Shown one piece after another: positions 14,400-29,929 of a stretch of DNA of 64,000 nucleotides (positions are counted from its first letter, which is position 1; every line of letters begins with the position of its first letter). Origin of the DNA: the human T2T-CHM13v2.0 reference genome, Homo sapiens; NCBI RefSeq assembly GCF_009914755.1, contig NC_060928.1; one strand, written 5' to 3'. The translations under genes and the position numbers were made by a program. The notes beneath the pieces are model-generated. The model was not told the origin of the DNA. It did not search any database and was given only the letters and a program-made list of their open reading frames with translations.

Positions 14400-14650
14400 C
14401 AGCAGAGAAGGTGGCCACATGAAAAAATAGAAAGGACACCATACTGGAAACCAAAATATCTAGGTTCTACACTTGTGTTAAACAAACAGTGCAAATTAAA
14501 TTATAATCTTTAGTATCTTGGCCTCCATTTGGTCATTTCCTCAATGAAATAGTAATCTGTCCTTATTTCTGGAATGGTAAGGATGAAATTGTACAAATAA
14601 AAGACAGAGAGGTGGAAATACTGGCATTTGTAAAATGTTGGAAGTGCCTA
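14400..14650 (+). mobile_element. MIR relic
   Basis: Weak: gaaaggacaccatactggaaaccaaaatatctaggttcta. Confidence 0.45.
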
Positions 14651-15374
14651 TATTTTAGAGGTATTATTAAGAAAACATTTCCTATGTCTGAAATTATATC
14701 CATCTGCTTGAATCACTCTGTAGGAAATGGTATTATAACTACAAACAGTAAATTCCTCCTTGTCCTTGTCCTCTTTCATAGAATATACCTCTCTTCAACT
14801 AAAGGAAATTACTTAGAAACTACATTTTTTGTCATGGTTTTACTCAAAATCTCTTTTCAATGTAATAGACTTAACATTTAAAATTCTTTAGAAATGTACA
14901 GATTCTAGTGATTCTGGAATAAATATAAATTGCAGTAGTACTGGGATATAATTTTCCCTTTGAACACAGATATTAACAATTCTTTTTAAAATAGTGATTT
15001 TCTTCAACAATGCAAGATTTTTTTCTTTTCTTTTCAAGGAAGAAAAGTGGTAGATAAGCATAGTATAATTTTTAAGACATAATGATGTGGACCATTACTG
15101 CCAATTTCTGTGCTTAGATAGTACGGCGACACTGATCTAAAAAGTAAAACCACCTAATAAAAAATACATGAATACATTTTATAGGTTTTCTTCCTACTTT
15201 CATTAAGGTTTTAGTATATTCATATAAAGTATTGAATTTAAGCAGTTTGCATAAGATAGCATGATTCTTGTTTTTGTTTTGCATATTTTGGTTTGGTTTG
15301 GTAAAGAGATATTTAATTTTAGTAAAGTTAATAGCATCATTTTTCTTTGGAATAAGTTAGAGTCAGCCAATTTT

Positions 15375-15600
15375 TTATCAGTGTTATTGAGCAAGTTTTC
15401 TATACAAAGAACTGATTTAGGTGATTGAGATAAATCGGTGAACAAAACAGACAAAGATTTCTATATATGTGGAATATACATTGGTCAGGGGAAGCAGATA
15501 AGAAAAACAAACACTAAAAAATATAAATGTCAGAACCTCGAAGGTACTGTTGATTAAAGGTTGTTTAGAGCAAAATAGGGAGATCAGGGATACCTGAAAA
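15375..15600 (-). mobile_element. L2 3' fragment
   Basis: ttattgagcaag...ggtgaacaaaacagacaaagatttc. Confidence 0.55.
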
Positions 15601-15679
15601 AGGGTGGAAAGGTGAAGATTTACACTGGCCTAAATTTCCTATTCAATCTGGCTGCTGGTAAATCAATATAATCTTCATC

Positions 15680-16085
15680 TATATTAGCTATGGTAACAAC
15701 AGCTACTCTAACAGAAACGTCTCTAATTTCAATGATAATGTTAGCATAATTGGATTTATTTCTTACTCATGCAAATTCCAAAATATATTTCTTGGTAAAT
15801 AAGAGCTTCTCTTTCAAGTAGTAATTCATTCCAAACTTCTGCCATCTTGTGCTCTGCCATCTTCAAGCCTGTGGCTTCTTAGGTTGTGAGTTCCTCTGCT
15901 TCAAGTCAGAAGCAACATATGAGTATTTCCGAGTAGGAGCATTGAGAGCTACCTTGGGAGTACACATATCACTATAACTGCATTTCACTGGCTCAGACTC
16001 GCTGTAAGATGACTTCTATAGAGGCTTGAAAACTGCTCTGTATGCCTAGAAAAGAAGAGGAAAATAGCTGGGTAATCAAGTTGCC
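15680..16085 (-). mobile_element. Old MLT1 (J/K-like) LTR
   Basis: gatttatttcttactcatgc...gccatcttgtgctctgccatcttcaa...tttcactggctcagact. Confidence 0.55.
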
Positions 16086-16094
16086 CTGTTTAAA

Positions 16095-16735
16095 ATGATT
16101 ATCACCTATCACTCCCTCTCTCTTACTTGAGCCATACTAACTTCTTTGTTGTTTTTAGTGTACTCAGATGCATTCCTGCAAGAACTTTGCATTGACAATT
16201 CTAAATGCCAGATTACTTTTCTGTAAATATATATTTACATGGCTCCCTCCCTTGCTTCATTCCTGCCATAGATCAAGGGCTACTATACTACAGAGGTCTT
16301 CCCTCACACGTTATCATTTTACTCTCTCCTTTTTCTGTTTTACTGTTTTCCAAATATGTATACACACACACACACACACATATACACACATACACACACA
16401 CTTATGATACATACATTATATAATGTGTGTGTAATACATACATAATTAACATATAGTATTTGTTTTAAATAAATAATGTGTCTCTGTTTTTATTTCTATC
16501 CAGTAATTTCTGCTTTGGAAAGTTAAATATTAGATTGAAAGGTTATATTCTGCTTAATTTGCCTGAATATGTGTATCTTCCTAGAATATGTATTTATTTT
16601 CTGTGTCCTTTACTTAGCAAAAAGCTATATGAGTTTGGATTTTTACATTATTTCATCACAGTATCACCAGCATAAAAAATAAATGTCTGTACCACATCAC
16701 AGGTGCTCATTAAGTATGTGTTGAATGAATGAATG
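16095..16735 (+). mobile_element. L2 3' fragment interrupted by (CA)n at about 16360-16400
   Basis: L2 end ggtgctcattaagtatgtgttgaatgaatgaatg. Confidence 0.65.
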
Positions 16736-18048
16736 TGTGAATATCTCTATAACGAAATTTATTCTATTTGTGTTTTTATATCTATATCTCTCAATAGGCT
16801 TCCTGAAGGCAAAAAATTTATCCAACTATTTTCTCCTATACTTCCAGAATACAGCTGTTTTCCTAATATGTGGAAGGTGCATGATAAACATTGGATGAAG
16901 TGATGAAGGAATTAAAAAAAAATCACACAAGGAAAGTGATGCTGGGAGAGTTGAATACATTTTCCATCACAGCAATGCATAGAAACCATGTCTTTACTCA
17001 TGTTGGTCTCACTTTAAAACTCATATATTGTATTCTCTATCAGATTGTTTCCAAGCACTTACAAGTCTCTTATCTTCGTGTTGCTAAATGCAATAAGGCT
17101 TCTCTCTTCATCAGTACAATAACCATAATTTGACATTCTTACTTTATGTATAATACATTCAATTGAACAATATGTATTGAGTTATAAAGTATGAGTGTGG
17201 CATATATCCTAAATGAGGATTTGAATGAAACTAGAATATCTTTATCTTTGAAAAGAAAATGTATTCATGTAAACCAATAAGTCATTATTTTTAGCCAACA
17301 AGAGAGAATGTGCCCATATTTTATGATATTCAAAAATATGCTAGCATTTCTTATCCAGTCTCATTATTTCCTTTATGATAAGGCATTCCACTTTCATTTA
17401 CTTTATTAGAGTATTTTAAATTATTGCATAACATGCCTTAGCCCACTTGTAACATAAATAGAATAGTTACATTTGATTATCACTGTTTGGGATTGGATTT
17501 TCTGAAGAATTGGAAAAACATCTGTGTCTTAATTTTTATCCCTAATTTATGTCATTTTGACCTTCACTGCACTTTTAATATCATCTTATCTTTCTAAGGT
17601 ACAAAATGCTGTGACCTTTTATTACAAAAGAAAAAAATAAAGTAACTTATTTGAAATGAAATAGAGAACCTCAATTTGTTAAATTCAATACCAAGAGAGC
17701 ACATATGACTCATTCAGGGCATAAGAACTTTAAATTGCCCAAGAACAGGAATCATAATATAATACTTAATACTAATGAAGAGGGTATGATTGTGACTGGC
17801 TTTTATAAGTAATTCAGGATACGTTTAGTGTAAGTTCTTGAAAATGATATCTATCTTTAGAAAAATTAGCCCTTAAATATCTAGTGTCTTAATTTTCTAA
17901 AATAAAAAAAAAAATTAAACACAACCTGGAAATAATCAAGGCAGTAGACAGTCCTTTTAAGCTTTGTGGATTTGGTGTCCCTATTTCTGTAACCTAAATT
18001 ATTTTAACCATTTTATACCATTGTTCTGAGACTAATTTAATATAGTCA

Positions 18049-18507
18049 TGTGTGCTGGCTAATTTTATGTGTCAATTTGGCTGGGCTATGGTGCCTACAT
18101 ATATGGTTATTCTGTATGATTATGTGAGGGTGTTTTTGGATAATATTTACATTTAAATCAGGGGACTCTGAGTTAAGCAATTTGCCTTCCATAACATGGG
18201 TAGGTATCATTCATTCAGTTGGAGTCTGACCTACCCTGAGGGAGAGTATGGAATACCACTAGCAGACTATTTTTGGACTTTACCTGCAACACTGGCTTTT
18301 CCTGGTTTGCTATGGGTCTGTATATGGGTCTGTAGACTTGGAGTGCAACTCTATCTTTATTCTCCAGCCTGCCAATCTCCTTCTCCCATCAGATTTTGCA
18401 TTTGCCAAGACTTCATGATTGTGTGACTCCATTCCTTAGAACAAATCTCTTTACATATTTATATACACCCTATTGATTCTGTTTCTTTTAAGAAACCTTA
18501 CAAATAT
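18049..18507 (+). mobile_element. MLT2 (C/D-like) ERVL solo LTR
   Basis: ggctaattttatgtgtcaatttggctggg start; cctattgattctgtttct end. Confidence 0.8.
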
Positions 18508-18615
18508 ACCACATAAAGTATTAATTTTGAAATTTGTTAACATAATCTTTTCTCAATACTTAAATAACTGTTTGAAAAATTTTAAAAAATACATCAAACT
18601 CATCTAATGGAATCA

Positions 18616-18850
18616 AGCCAGGAATGGCGGCTCATGCTTATAATCCCAGTACTTTGGGAGGCTGAGGCAAGAGGATTAATTGAGGGCAGGAGTTTGCAAC
18701 CAGCTTGGGCAACATAGTGAGACCTAGTCCCATTTACTAGGGAAGCTGAGGTGGGAGAATTGCTTAAGCCCAGAAGTTAGAGGCTGTAGTGAGCTTATCA
18801 TGGTGCCACTGCACTCCAGACTTGGTGACAGAGCAAGACTGTGTTTCTAA
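18616..18850 (+). mobile_element. AluJ with internal deletion of the A-rich linker
   Basis: AluJ motifs gggcaacatagtgagacc and aggctgtagtgagc; left arm joined directly to tagtccc. Confidence 0.85.
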
Positions 18851-18987
18851 ATATACACATAGATGGCTATAAAAATTATTCTCTATTATCCAGAAATTAA
18901 ACATTTCTTAAATTTTAATTCTTTTTCATTGTTAGTAATAGAGAGGAAGTACAGTGTTTGCTTACACTGTGCTAGGCAAAATTATAG

Positions 18988-19312
<325 letters not shown>

Positions 19313-21394
19313 GGACTCTTAGTTTTAGCTTATGTTCTCATTTCCCATCATAGGTAACCTCTTTAAAAGACAGTCGTGTTATTTAGTTGTTTCAGAACTA
19401 CTGATTGTACTGCCACTATTAAAATAATTTTATAAAAACACCTTAACACCTTCTTCATACTTACAAGTTGAGGTTTAACATTTGTATCGTATATTCAATT
19501 AATGACAAAGGGTGTAATTTCTATTCAATTTAAAATGTTAATATTTTTAAATAAAATAATTATATTTGTTGTTTAACATATTTTATAGATGTAATTATAA
19601 TTAGTGATTATAATCTTTTTGAGCTATTTTTTCCATACTTGTTGACTTAGAATTTTATTCTAATGTAATAAATTGTGTGCTTCCATTTATACATTTTCTT
19701 CAACAAATACATTTTTTCTTATTTTAAGCCTCTCTATGTTAAAATTTACTCTTTTTGGATTGAGTTAATATTATATTAATTATTAATATATAATTTATCA
19801 TTATATAGTTAATAAAAATAATAATGTGAATGTACTTATTAAATTTGAATATATTTTTAATTTGATGGGATTTTTTCTTCAATTGGTTCATGTATCAAAC
19901 TAGATTATAAAGGTTTCACTGTTATTTTACTTTATTTTAAAAAAATTCATATGGGTACAGCAATGCAAGTCAATTATTTTTGTCACCGTCTGAGTTATAT
20001 ACCAAAAATAACACTGTTCTATCATCAAAAATTATTTCGTGATTTTTTAGCTGAAAATTTGATTATTTTTCCTTCAATTTTCTTGAAAGGAAAGAGTTAG
20101 AAACCCCCTGCTTTATAAAGTGATTTGTTACTCACTCATTAAAGTCATTCCCTTTCTCACTACTGACACCAATATTTCAAAGTGTTACATTTTTGGCACT
20201 CCTGATTGTTTTGCATCCTGGGTAAAATCAAAATTAGGGAATGTGTTAGAGACATATCTTCCTTTTAGAATCTGAGAGAAGGAAATTTGTGACAGTCAGA
20301 TGTAAAGGACACAATCACAAATGTTTTCTTAGGAGAACTAGCGTTAACAGAGAGGAGCATTGGAAGTGGATATCTCAAAAGCAATGAATGTCTCTTGGAA
20401 AATTATTACATACACCCAGTGGAACACTCACCCCATGTTGAAGATGGCAGCTTGTTGACTGAAGTACCCAAAACATCTTAACACTGCTTGTCACTGCTCA
20501 ATTTGAGAAAAGAATGTGTGACTAATAAACAAATAAAATACAAATGAATAAATGAACAAAAAAAACTATTTGAGATTGGTATTACGATTATCCTCATATT
20601 TCCAAAGAGGAAAATTAAATTGAAGTTGGGAATTCATCATATTTATTACTGCAGATTAGCTGCTCTAAAATGTTTTGCCATTGTTGTACAAAACATACTT
20701 GATTACGCATAAATGATGGTTCCTCTGAGACCTCATGAACGTGACTCCTGCTCTGGAGCTATTCACATAGAATCAACTCCCAATTGATTTGGATAATTAA
20801 GGTTACTAGAGGAAATTTCAAATTATAAAAATGTGGTTATTCCTGCACCCCCAGCACACTTGGTGTGAAACTATGATTTATACATGATAGCTATATAGGC
20901 AGAAATCTGTACATTGCTTCCATATATATTTTTCCGGTACACATACACACAAGTCAAAAATTTTGTTTTCTTTTCTATTAAATATGATGAATACTCATAA
21001 CTCACACATATATGATTACTGATGTTTATATATCTCAAAATAACATTATATACTATGCAATCATTATATAATATATACACTAAAAAGTATTATTTGAGCC
21101 ATTCTCTCTACAATGTTGCATAGTATTACCATCTACGTTGTCCTCAAATATAAAATTCTGGAAAAGATTATACAATCTTCTTCCCATGAGCTTCTTTACT
21201 AATGATAGTGATTATTTATGTACTTTCTTCATGTTTCATTAAAAAATATATTGGAAAGTATGCATACCAATTCATAATAAGGCAGTTGACTTCTAGTCTT
21301 TATATAGAGTGTAATTTTGGCCCACATTACATATGGAACATAAATTTAGGAATAAATGCAAATATAGATATGTACTATGCAGGTAGATACATAG

Positions 21395-21685
<291 letters not shown>

Positions 21686-24600
21686 TGAGTGAAAAACATT
21701 CAATACTGATTGTAATTTTGAATTTCTTCACCCAATATATTCACAAACAGTAACTACAGCTCTATGTGACCAAGTTTATATAGAGATCATAGGAAATATT
21801 ACCACACATTTCAGAGAAGAGCAAGAATAGCAAGATAACTTTCTTAATGTAGAATTAAAAAGTAAAAACAGAAATATTTTATTCTTAATCCACACTTTAG
21901 CGTATCATTCTATTTCTTAGACTATGAACTTGAGATCCAAAATAATGGCTTTAAAAATTTTATTCCACACATATACTCAGTATGTGGTGTTTGAATGAAT
22001 ATATACTGGATATGGTTACTGACTTATTTGCACTATATGGTCTATATAGTATGATTTTATTAACTACATATCGATTTTATTCAGTTAATTTTTATTTAGT
22101 TTTACTTGGTGTTTCTCATAATGCTGGAGGTTTATTCAGAAACAAAATTTGATTTAAGTATTTCATTTTTGGGCTTGGTGATATCCAGTCAGTTACACAT
22201 GTAAGTCATCAGACCAATTAAGTTAAATACATAATCACAGTCTATCCTGCATTATATAAATTGTTTGTTTTACAGTAATATATATTTTTTCTCTTGATCG
22301 CTACTTCAACTATACCTTCATTTCTCCTAAAAAGACAAGTTTGGTATTTTTTTTTTTCTGGTACTCATGGATGTGCTTTAGGGAGATATTAAGATTGAGT
22401 CTATAAATTTTAGTAATGAGTTTATGGTAATGAAGTTTAAAGGGTCACCTATTCTATATGTGTGTGTGCATGTGATTATATATATACATAAATACATAAA
22501 CATAAAATATAAAAATATATATGTCTTTAAGTATAACTATTTACTTTATATAAATATATGATAGATGTATATATAAATATAAAAAGTATGTAATTATCTG
22601 GTAAATGCCTTCCTAACAAATATTTACTACCTGTAATCATGTTCTTCTCTTAGCGACTATAATCCTAAAATTATAGAAGTTTATTTCTCTCTGTGTTAAC
22701 ATAGTCTAAAACTGAGCTATCAAAGGTCAAATACTTATATGGTAGCTCTATGATCACAAAATTCAGGCATCTTTCTGTGACTGCTGTAGTATTTGACATG
22801 TAAGAATTGTGCCTCATGCTTTCAGATGCCTTTCTAAGTTCCAAATATAATGTCCACATTCCATTATTAGAAAGAGAAATATATAAATACGTGTGTAACT
22901 TCTTCGTTTAAGAATACATGTGTATAACATTTTTACTTATATTCCACACAGCAGATGGTTCTGCTTGGCCACAGTGAAGGTTTGGATATGAGGTCTTTAT
23001 TCCATGTATCTCTGTGCCAAGCTAAAATGTGAAGATTTTATTAGAAGAGTTTGCATATTGGTAAAAATGATCAATTTATGGTACTGATTTATAAAAACCA
23101 AGTGATCAAATAATTAAAAAGGAAAATATTTGATATGGATTATAATAGTAGTTTACCATATCTATAATATATAAATATCTGTAAACCTACTGGTGTGAAA
23201 ATGATATTGAATAAGAAACTGTATTTTTATCTTTATTTTTCTAAATTTTTTTATTTTTAATTTTTGGGCACATAGCAGGCGTCTATATTTTTGAGGTACA
23301 TGACATATTTTGATACAGGCATGAAATGCATAATAATCACATAGTGGAAAATTAGGTATCCATCCCCAAAAGAACGTCTCATTTCTGTTAGAAATAATAC
23401 AATTATATTATTTTAGTTATTTAAAAATGTACAACTAAATTATTATTGACTATAATCCCCCCATTGTGCTATTAAATATTATTTCCTATTTATTCTTTCT
23501 AAGACTTTCTTTTGTACCCATTAACCAGCCCACCTCTTCCACAACCTACCTCTGCACTTTCCAGCTTTTTTTGGTAACTATTCTTCTATTCTCTTATCTT
23601 CAATTGTTTTGATTTTTGGATCTCACAAATAAGTGAGAACATGTGATGTTTCTTTCTGTGACTGGCTTATTTTACTTAACATTATGACCCCCAGTTCCAT
23701 CCATGTTGTTGCAAATGACAGAATCTCATTCTTTCTTAGGGCTGAATAGTACTTTGTTGTGTATAAATCCCATATTTTCTTTATCCATTCATCTGTTGAT
23801 GGACACTTAGGTTGTTTCCAAATCTTGTCTATTGTGTACAATGCTGCAACAAACACGAGAGTGCAGATATTGCTTTGATTTTTCACTTCCTTTCTTTTGG
23901 GTATATACCCAGCCGTGGGATTGCTGGGTAGTATAGTGGCTCTATTTTTAGTTTTTGAGGAAACTCCAAGCTATTTTTCATAGTGGTTGCACTAATTTAC
24001 TTTCCCACCAACAGTGTATAAGAGTTATTTTCTCCAGTATTTGTTATTGCTTGACTTTTGGATAAAAGCCAGTTTAACTGGGGTGAGGTAATATCTCATT
24101 GTAGTTTTGATTCACATTTCTCTGATGATCTATTATGTTGAGGACCTTTTTATGTGCCTGTTTTCCATTTGTATATCTTCTTTTGAGACATGTTTATTCA
24201 AATCTTTTGCCCATTTTTAATTGGATTATTAGATTTTTTTTCTAGACAGTCGTTTGAGCTAGTTATATATTCTTGTTATGAATCCCTTGTCAGAAGGGTA
24301 GTTTGCAAATATTTTCTCCATTCTGTGGGTTGTCTCTTCACTTGTTGATTGTTTCCTTTGCTGTGCAGAAGCTTTTTAACTTCATGTGATACCATTTGTC
24401 CATTTTAGTATTGCTCAAGAAATTTTTGCCCAGACCAATGTCTTAAGAGATTTCCCCCAATGTTTCTTGTAGTAGCTCATAGCCTGAGGTCTTAGATTTA
24501 AGTCTTTAATTGATTGTGGTTTATTTTTTGTATATGGCAAGATATAGGAGTCTAGTTTCATTCTTTTGCGTATGAATATCCAGTTTCCCAGCACCATTTA

Positions 24601-24951
24601 TTGAAGAGACTGTCTTTTCCCCAATGTATGTCCTTGTCGAAAATGAGTTCACTGTAGGTGTGTAGATATGTTTCTGGGTTCTCTATTCTGTTCCATTTAT
24701 CTATGTGTTTGTTTTTATGCCAATATCATACTGTTTTGGTTTCTATAGCTCTGTAGTAAAATTTGAAGTCAGGTAATGTGATTCCTCCAGTGTTGTCCTT
24801 TTTGCTTAGTGTAGCTTTGGCTATCCTGGGTCTTTTACGGTTCTGTATAAATTTTAGGATTATTTTTTCTATTTCTGTGAAGAATGTCATTGGTATTTTG
24901 ATAGAGATTGCATTGAATTTGTAGAATTTGTAGATAGCTTTGGATAGTATG

Positions 24952-24954
<3 letters not shown>

Positions 24955-24990
<36 letters not shown>

Positions 24991-25270
24991 AGACAGAGTC
25001 TCGCTCTGTCACCCAGGCTGGAGTGCAATGGCACAATAGTGGCTCACTGCAACCTCCGCCTCCTGGATTCAAGTGATTCTCCTACCTCAGCCTCCTGAGT
25101 AACTGGGATTACAGGTATCTATTATTATACCTGGCTAAGTTTTGTATTTTTGTAGAGAAGGGGTTTCACCATGTTGGCCTGGCTGGTCTTGAACTCTTGA
25201 CCTCAGGTGATCCACTCACCTCGGCTTCCCAAAGTGCTGGAATTACAGGAGTGAGCCACCGTGCCCAGCC
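24955..25270 (-). mobile_element. AluSx-like inserted in L1, with a pure T35 tail
   Basis: Full dimer; TSD agtatgaac (24946-24954) / agtatggac (25271-25279). Confidence 0.95.
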
Positions 25271-25397
25271 AGTATGGACATTTTAACAACATTGAAACTT
25301 CAAATCCATAAACATGGAATATCTTTTAATTTTTCTGTGTCCTCTTCAATTCTTTTCATCAGTGTTTTATAATTTTCATTGTAGAAATCTCACTTCT

Positions 25398-25669
<272 letters not shown>

Positions 25670-26783
25670 CTAGGTGTTTATTTAATTTTTGGCTAATGTA
25701 AATGTGATTACTTTTTAAATTTATTTTTTACATTGTTCACTGTTGACATATAGAAATGCCACCAATTATTGTGTGCTAATTTTGTATACTGCAACTTTGC
25801 TAAATTTATTTATCAGTTTGAATAGTTTTTTGGAGGAATACTTAGGTTTTTCCAAATATAAGTTCCTATCCTCTGCAAAGAAGAATAATTCTTCTTCCTT
25901 TCCAATTTTGATGTTCTTTATTTATTTCTCTTGTCTGGCTGCTCTAGCAAGGACTTCTAGTACTATATTGAATGACAGTGGTGACAGTGAATATCCTGTC
26001 ATGTTCCAGATCTTAGAGAAAAGGCTTTCAGTTTTCCCCTGATTCAGTAGGATACTAGCTGTAGTTTGTCATATATGGCTTTTATTATGTTGAGGTATGT
26101 TCCTTCTATCCACAGTTTTTTGAGGATTTTTATCATGAAGATGTTGACTTTTATCAAATGGCTTTCCAACATCAATTGAAATAATCATACTGATTTTGTT
26201 CTTCATTCTGTTGATATGTTTCCCATTGATTGATTTTCATATGTTGAACCATCCTTGAATTCCTGGGATAAATGTCAGTTGGTCATGATGAATAATATTT
26301 TTAATGTATTGTTGAATTTGATTTGCTAATATTTTGTTGAGAATTTTTGCATTAAAATTCATCACAGATATTAGCATGTGATTTTGTTTTGTATCTTTTT
26401 GTGGCTTTGATATCAGGGTAATACTGGCCTCATGAATCTGGAAGTATTTCCTCCTCTTATTTTTTTTAACAGTTTAAGTAGGATTGATATTAGTTCTTCA
26501 TTAAATATTTGGTAGAATTCAGCAGTGAAGCCATCAGGTCCCAGGCTTTTCTTTAATGGGAGACTTTCTATTACACCTTTGACCTGGTTACCTGTTACTG
26601 ATCTCTTCAGGTGTTGGTTTTCTTTATGGTTCAATTTTGATTGGTTGTGTGTTTCTAGGAATTTATCCACTTATTCTAGATTTTCCAATGTATTGGCATA
26701 TGGTAGCTCATAGTAGACTCTAATGATCCTTTGAATTTCTGTGGTATCAGTTGTAATGTCACCTTTTTAATCTCTAATTTTGC

Positions 26784-27608
26784 AGGTTCCCCTTTGGGTG
26801 TGTCTAGAAATGTCATCTGGGAGCTAGGGCCTGGAATGGGGGCCTAATGATTCTGCCCAGTGCTCTATCCTACTTTGGCAAGTAGGATGCAAGACAAAGT
26901 CCTCTTTATTCTTCACTATCATCTCCTTAAGCAGAAGAAAGGAGTCACTTTTGTTGCTGCAAGTTGCATTGCCTGGGGGGATGTATGGCTAACACACTTC
27001 CTTAGCCACCTCAGCTGGTGTCTCCCTAGGTCATGTTCCACCCTAGTTTACTGGCTGTAAGCATAGCCTAGCACTAGGAGTGGCCCAGGAATTACAGTCC
27101 TTGTGTCCTAGACTGCCTTTAAAATTTACCTAGGACCCCACAGTACTTCAGCTCATGGTGGTGTGGCTTGCTGAGAAACTCAAGTTTTGACCACTGAAAA
27201 GGGCAATACCCCTCTGGCAAGGGCTGCTCCTAATGCTTTCTTCATGTATGGATGCTGGCTGATCCTGGCAGAGATTTTTTCTTTACTATGACAGGGCAGC
27301 ATAGAGTTTAATGTAAATTTCCTCAGTTGCTGTACTGTCCCTTCCAAAAGCACACAGATTATCTCTCTGCATCACTCCGCTGCTGCCATGGGGATCGGGG
27401 AGGGGTGGCATCAGTGATTCAAGACTTTCTCTTCTGCCCTCCTCAATACCTCTTTCAGTGATATAAAGTTAAAACCTGGTACTGTGATCGCTCACCTGAT
27501 TTTTGGTTCCTGTGACAGTGCTTTTCTGTGTGCAGACAGTTAAGATTTGGTGTTCCAGCAGGGGAGATGAAAAGTGTAGGCTTCTATTTCACCATCTTGC
27601 TCTGCCCC
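26784..27608 (-). mobile_element. L1MA-type 5' UTR
   Basis: Terminus reads GGGGCAGAGCAAGATGG on the minus strand (L1 start with YY1-type motif); ctagaaatgtcatctgggagctagggcctggaatgggggcct is typical of L1PB/L1MA 5' UTRs. Confidence 0.75.
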
Positions 27609-27827
27609 TAAAAACATATTTTTAAAAGAGTAAATACATATGTCTAACTTACAACGCTTCCTGTCTTATTTCCATTGAAATGAAAAGTTCAAAAATAGTT
27701 TTTATAAATATTGGAGAGCAGGCAAATATGGCGTAATAGCTCTTGACTAAGCAGGGTTTCTTTTAAGACATAAAGTTTAGATAAATGTTGCAAAATGTAA
27801 GATAATATAGCCAATTAATAACAATTA

Positions 27828-27956
27828 ATGTCTCCCTTGGACACCCAGCTTTAAAATTTCTCTCTTTTGTACTCTGTCCCTTTATTTCTCAAGTCAGCTG
27901 ACGCTTAAGGAAAATAGAAAAGAACCTACGTGACTATCAGGGCAGGTTCCCCGATA
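27828..27956 (+). mobile_element. MER11 (HERV-K11) LTR 3'-terminal fragment
   Basis: ggacacccagctttaaaatttctctcttttgtactctgtccc...aagaacctacgtgactatcagggcaggttccccgata. Confidence 0.8.
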
Positions 27957-28394
27957 CATGTTTAGGGTTACTATATTTTCTTAGAGAAGAATTGACCTAC
28001 TTATCATTAATGACCCACTTTATCTCTAATTATCTTCCTTGTTTTGAAGTCTATTTTGTCCAAAATTAATATAGTTACTCCAGCTTTTTAAATTAGTATT
28101 TACATAGTTTATCATCCTTTATTCCTTTTCTTTGAGCTTATCTAAGTCTTTATAGTTAAAGTCAATTTATTTTTTTGACAGCATAGATTTGGGCTTGCTT
28201 TTTGTATAAAATCTGATGATATTTTTTAACTGGTCTGTTTAGAGCAATCCCATTTAAAGCGATTACTAATATTGTTGAATTAAAATCTACCATCTTGCTG
28301 TTTGCTCTTTTTTACATTTACTCTGTTTTCTTCTCTTTTTCTGCCCTCTGTTTTTTTATCATTTATAATTTATAACTTTTTAAAAGTTTTTGTT

Positions 28395-28841
28395 TATATA
28401 TTTTTTCTATGACTACCATAACCAATTACCACAGACTGCATGGCTTATAATAACAAAAATTTCTTATCTCACATTTCTGGAGGCTAGAAGTCAAGGTGTT
28501 GGCAGGGTCACTCTCAGAACTCTCTAGATAAGGACACTTCCTTTTGTCTTTTAGCTTCTGGTGGTTGCTGGCAATTCTTGATGTTCCTTGACTTGTATCT
28601 GCATAACTATAATCTCTAACTTAAACTTTACATGGTTTCCTGCCCTGTACATCTGTATCTTAATTTTCCTTTTCTTAAAAGGTCACCAGTAATATTGAAT
28701 TTTGGACCCATCATAATCAAGCATGACCTAATCTTAACTTGATTACATCTGAAAAGATCTTATTTTTAGATAAAGTCACATTCATAGATAATGAAATGAG
28801 TGGACATGAATTTTAAGGCAGTCACTATTCAACCCAGTAAA
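28395..28841 (-). mobile_element. MLT1C/D-like solo LTR
   Basis: ttctggaggctagaagtc...aatcttaacttgattacatctg; 5-bp TSD ttgtt at 28390-28394 and 28842-28846. Confidence 0.85.
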
Positions 28842-29376
28842 TTGTTCAAGAATTTACAATATACATTTTGTAATAATATAGGATCATATACAAATAATAC
28901 AATACTGCACCATGTGTACTGAAGTTACATTATAACATAATATTCTTGTCTTCTCCCTCCTGTCTATTTGACTAGTTTTCACTTATTACACTTTTACATT
29001 TTCTTCAAATATCCAATACAATATTGTAATTATTTCTTTAAACAATCAGTTATTTGTTAGAGCCATTAAAAATAAGGAAAAGAAGCTTTTATGCTTTTCT
29101 TTTATTCATTCCTTTCTGACACATTTTTCTTCACTATGTAGATTCAGCTTTCTAAACTACAATAGTTTTCTTCTGGCTGAAGAATATGTATTAATACTTA
29201 CTGTAGGGTAGATCCGCTGACAATGAAATAAATACTTTTTTCAATTTTTGTTTGTACGTTTATTTCTTCTTTACTTCTGAAGAATATTTGTTGAATATAG
29301 AATTCTGACTTGGCAAGTTTATTCATTTCAGCACGGTAAAGATCTTACCCTATTGTCTTTCTGCTTGCATAGCTTC

Positions 29377-29929
29377 TATACTAGTCAGGGTTCTCTAGAG
29401 AGACAGGACTAACAGGATAGATGTACATATGTAAAAGAGTTTATTAAGGAATATTGACTCACAGGATCACAAGGTGAAGTTCCAAAATAGGCAATCTGCA
29501 AGCTGAGGAGGAGCAAGGAAGCCAGTCCAAGTTCCAAAACCTCAAAAGTAAGGAAGTCAACAGTGCGGGCTTCAGTCTGTGGCCAAGGGCCCGAGAACCC
29601 CTGGCAAACCATTGGTGTAGGTCCATGAGTCCAAAAGCTGAAGAACCTGGAGTCAGATGCTTGAGGTCTGTAAGCAGCCACCATGGAAGAAAGATGGAGG
29701 ACAGAAGACTCAGCCAGTCTAGTCCTTCCACATTCCTCTGCCTGTTTTTATTCTAGCCATGCTGGCAGCTGATTAGATGATGCCCACTCAGATTGAGGGT
29801 AGGTCTGCTTCTCCCAGTCCACTGACTCAAATGTTAATCTCCTTTGACAACACCCTCACAGACACACCCAAGAACAATATTTTGCATCCTTCAATCCAAT
29901 CAAGTTGACACTCAATTTTAACCATCAAA
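29377..29929 (-). mobile_element. MLT2A-like (HERV-L) solo LTR
   Basis: tagtcagggttctctagagagacaggact...caatcaagttgacactcaat; TSD gcttc at 29372-29376 and 29930-29934. Confidence 0.9.

Noticed and set aside
14153-14513. Pro-rich and Gly/Arg-rich ORFs
   Set aside because: Translations of the CCCCT simple repeat
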